Shown here: one piece after another, positions 61,203-64,000 of the stretch | Layout of the letters: each line of letters opens with the position of its first letter | Position numbering within the stretch: position 1 is the stretch's first letter | Made by a program: the position numbers and the translations under genes | Notes under the pieces: model-generated | Database searches by the model: none | What the model saw: only the letters and a program-made list of their open reading frames with translations | What the model was told of the DNA's origin: nothing | DNA from: Escherichia phage EcWhh-1 | Direction: 5' to 3' (one strand) | Length of the DNA stretch: 64,000 nucleotides | Sequence record: MH791409.1

Positions 61203-63413
61203 TTAAGCCGCTTCCACGGCTTTCATGAATTTAACGATTTGAGCTACAGAAGCCTCGGTAATGGATGTTCCACGACGATACATGTAGTCCGAAACTAAAT
61301 GGTAATCAGATTCAAACTGTACAGTCATTTTATCATTGTTACTTGAAGCATTATTGGTTAACGTATTGAACGTGGTGTTACAGATTTTCTTGATAACAGA
61401 AAGTTTGTCATCAGTTATATACCCATGGAAATTCATATAACGGAATATATCATAGAAATTGCTCAGACGAGTATATGCTTCAGACACCGGCTTATCACTG
61501 AAATATTTAGTCATAAAACCAAGCTCAGGGAACTTAGCAATGATTTCAAGATAATACCTTGCACGGGTATTACTACCAATATAATCATCGATATCTACAG
61601 CATCTAATGCTTCGGCATAAGCTTCTAACGTGGTTTCCATCAAGCATTCACATTGGCCCAACTTTTTAATCTTTTTGGCAATCTGAGGGCGAATGATATG
61701 GAATTCGGTAGCACCAATCAAATTAGCCATACGACACATAGTAGTGGTATTGATGTCAAAGATACCATAAGCTTCATCCATTCCCATGATATCAGAACGA
61801 CTACCAAACAATACGTACCCTGTAATTTCTTCTGCTTCTGCAGCAGTTAAGTATAAGGTCTCTTGTTGCCAACGTCCATCTTTAATGAACCAACGATAAG
61901 CACTTGGTGTTTTAGGACGAGGTTCTGATGAACGGACAGTAACCGGAATCCATGGCTTAACAATTTTATTCAGTTCAGAGACTTTATAAAAATGAATAGT
62001 ATCACCTTTAAAAAGTTCTTTAACCTTTTCAAGTTGTTGCATTTGCAGCATTGAATTTGGGTCGACAAAAATAAGGTCAGTTCCATATTTAGGAATATTG
62101 TTCTCTTTAACAATTTTCTTAGCCGAAGCACTGTTGTCCATTGCCAGAGCCCAAAGTCCTCGAACTAATGGCACACGACCCTTTTCATCATCAAAAACAA
62201 TATGGATTTCTTTATTATTAATGCCTAATAAACTACTAAGTCCTGCTACCGAAGAAGTATTACTACTTGGCTTAATTCGTTTCAAACGTGGGTCTGAAAC
62301 GATTTCGTAAACCACACCTAAATTAATAAGGTCGTTTTGAAGTGTGTAACGTTGGTATAATTTCTCATATGTCAATTTTTCTGTAGTAAACAGGCTAGTC
62401 CCACCTTTTTTGGTAAGATAGTCACGAGCACTGTAACCAAGGTTAGAAAGGTCGCGATAAACATGGCGTGGATTATCAGATTCAACCCATTCTTGTGTAT
62501 CGTTTTTAAAGACCACTGCATCCAGTGCTTCGATACGGGTTGCAATATTTTCCATCGTACGTTTATCAAGAGACAACACTTCACGAGACGGAGCAATATC
62601 CAGCGAGCCCATAGGGAACTTAATATAAACTACATCATGGCGAGTACGCATCCATGTGCCTTTATTATAAGCAGAATCCAATGGATAAACAATACCACCA
62701 TAAACTGCATAAAGTCCTGAACGTTCGAAGCTGCCATAATTTGTAGTGGTTACAGGATAGTAGTCTTCAAATTCAGGGAAATAATCAACTTCAACACCGT
62801 CAACATCACCAAGTCCAATGAACGGACGCATGATATATCGAACTTCAGTTTCAAACTTACGGAAATCTTCTTCATCGACAGGAACCGTGATTTCGATACC
62901 TGTTTTATCACCTGGCTGCATAGGTTCTACGAAAGTAGGTTTAATCTGCGGCCCATCACCATCCATATATGCCACATAACCGCGAACTTCACCATTATGC
63001 CATGAGGTAATGTTGAAAGTTTCGGTATAACTGAACGGAGATTTTGAACCAAGGCCAAAGCCACCGATGAAATCGTTAGAAGCGGTTTTGGATGATGCGA
63101 AATAAGAGTTATACAAACCGGTTTCGTTTTCATCGCCACGAATCTGGAAATCACTCATGCCTGGTCCGAAGTCACGGCACACAAAGCGAGGGTCGAGCTT
63201 ACCAGGAACCTGTACTTTCCAACGTTCTTTATTACCATTCAGAATATGAGCATCAATCATGTTGGTAATTAGTTCACGAACTACGGCACGTACCTTATTA
63301 CTATAAAGGTCTGATGAAAGAATTTTAAAGACCTTAGGCGAGGCCTGGATAGTAAATCCTGTGGACTTAGAGCCGTTGCCAATGATTTGTTCTTTTTCGG
63401 TTTCAATAATCAT
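61203..63413 (-). CDS. rIIA: rIIA protein
   Basis: 736 aa; matches T4 rIIA N-terminus (SPKVFKILSSDLY.NK.RAVVRELITNMIDAH). Confidence 0.92.
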   Translation of the reverse strand: MIIETEKEQIIGNGSKSTGFTIQASPKVFKILSSDLYSNKVRAVVRELITNMIDAHILNGNKERWKVQVPGKLDPRFVCRDFGPGMSDFQIRGDENETGLYNSYFASSKTASNDFIGGFGLGSKSPFSYTETFNITSWHNGEVRGYVAYMDGDGPQIKPTFVEPMQPGDKTGIEITVPVDEEDFRKFETEVRYIMRPFIGLGDVDGVEVDYFPEFEDYYPVTTTNYGSFERSGLYAVYGGIVYPLDSAYNKGTWMRTRHDVVYIKFPMGSLDIAPSREVLSLDKRTMENIATRIEALDAVVFKNDTQEWVESDNPRHVYRDLSNLGYSARDYLTKKGGTSLFTTEKLTYEKLYQRYTLQNDLINLGVVYEIVSDPRLKRIKPSSNTSSVAGLSSLLGINNKEIHIVFDDEKGRVPLVRGLWALAMDNSASAKKIVKENNIPKYGTDLIFVDPNSMLQMQQLEKVKELFKGDTIHFYKVSELNKIVKPWIPVTVRSSEPRPKTPSAYRWFIKDGRWQQETLYLTAAEAEEITGYVLFGSRSDIMGMDEAYGIFDINTTTMCRMANLIGATEFHIIRPQIAKKIKKLGQCECLMETTLEAYAEALDAVDIDDYIGSNTRARYYLEIIAKFPELGFMTKYFSDKPVSEAYTRLSNFYDIFRYMNFHGYITDDKLSVIKKICNTTFNTLTNNASSNNDKMTVQFESDYHLVSDYMYRRGTSITEASVAQIVKFMKAVEAA

Positions 63414-63420
63414 ATTTTTC

Positions 63421-63624
63421 TCAATTCAGGTTACGTTTAAAAATATCTGCTACTTCAAGGAGCTCTTCCTTAGTAGCGATGTCGTTGAGTATTTTATATC
63501 TGATTTCTTTAAAGCGTTCTTTAAAATCTTCAGCTGCATTGATATCAAAAAATCTCTGGATTAGCCGGAATTCTTTGTGGACAGCTTTATCAAACAAATC
63601 AATGTTGACTTTAAAGTTTGTCAT
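63421..63624 (-). CDS. rIIA.1-like small protein
   Basis: 67-aa ORF immediately upstream of rIIA. Confidence 0.5.
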   Translation of the reverse strand: MTNFKVNIDLFDKAVHKEFRLIQRFFDINAAEDFKERFKEIRYKILNDIATKEELLEVADIFKRNLN

Positions 63625-63934
63625 TTTTAACTACCTCATGTTGAACATATTCTCTGGTAGAACCCAGTTCAGCCAGAATTCTTCTCATAGAACCCATTGT
63701 ACTTTTGTGCTCTCTGTGGCGATACAATATCTCTAGAACCTTTTCCTGGACAATAGGAGAGAGCGCCTGGTTATCTTTAATCTTTAAGGCAATAGATTTT
63801 ACAGCCTTGAGATATTCTAGTCCCTTGCCGCTTGTAATCACTACTCCTTCGTCTTTACAATTGCGAATTGCCGTCTCCATAAAAGACAAAGCCAAGTTGT
63901 CAGTGTTCACTATACTATTATCTTGCATAATCAT
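63611..63934 (-). CDS. hypothetical protein
   Basis: 107-aa ORF with its own promoter; not similar to T4 gp60 as recalled. Confidence 0.5.
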   Translation of the reverse strand: MIMQDNSIVNTDNLALSFMETAIRNCKDEGVVITSGKGLEYLKAVKSIALKIKDNQALSPIVQEKVLEILYRHREHKSTMGSMRRILAELGSTREYVQHEVVKNDKL

Positions 63935-63944
63935 ATTCTCACCT

Positions 63945-63981
63945 CTTAGAGAATCGTATCACACTTTTAATCTGTTGTAAA
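63945..63981 (-). promoter_or_regulatory. early promoter upstream of 63611-63934
   Basis: GTTTAC -35 on the - strand, followed at the window edge by a truncated GGGCCTTGCG hairpin. Confidence 0.4.
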
Positions 63982-64000
63982 CCCCGAAAAGGGCCTTGCG

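Overview
This window is a T4-like (T-even, Tevenvirinae-type) myovirus genome segment, collinear with the T4 map from rnlB through hoc, uvsW/uvsY, the baseplate hub/wedge genes 25-26-51-27-28-29-48-54, alt, DNA ligase (30), rIII, 31, cd, pseT, rnlA, denA, nrdB/nrdA, td, frd, 32, 59, 33, dsbA, rnh, the long tail fibre genes 34-38, holin t, asiA, motA, 52, stp, ndd, rIIB and rIIA. Late structural genes sit on the + strand and early/middle genes on the - strand. Gene calls rest on protein sequences I recognise from T4, plus synteny and size; no searches were run, and coordinates I derived myself (internal starts, small ORFs, hairpins, promoters) may be off by 1-2 nt. Differences from T4 that stand out: two tandem Alt-like ADP-ribosyltransferase genes, intron-less td and nrdB, a T2/S16-type gp37 + gp38 adhesin pair, about 18 copies of a conserved early promoter/stem-loop cassette, and a recombination scar in the stp-52 interval. 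I found no tRNA, CRISPR array, integrase or homing endonuclease, and no single clearly novel multi-gene system; the best candidates for follow-up are listed as findings.
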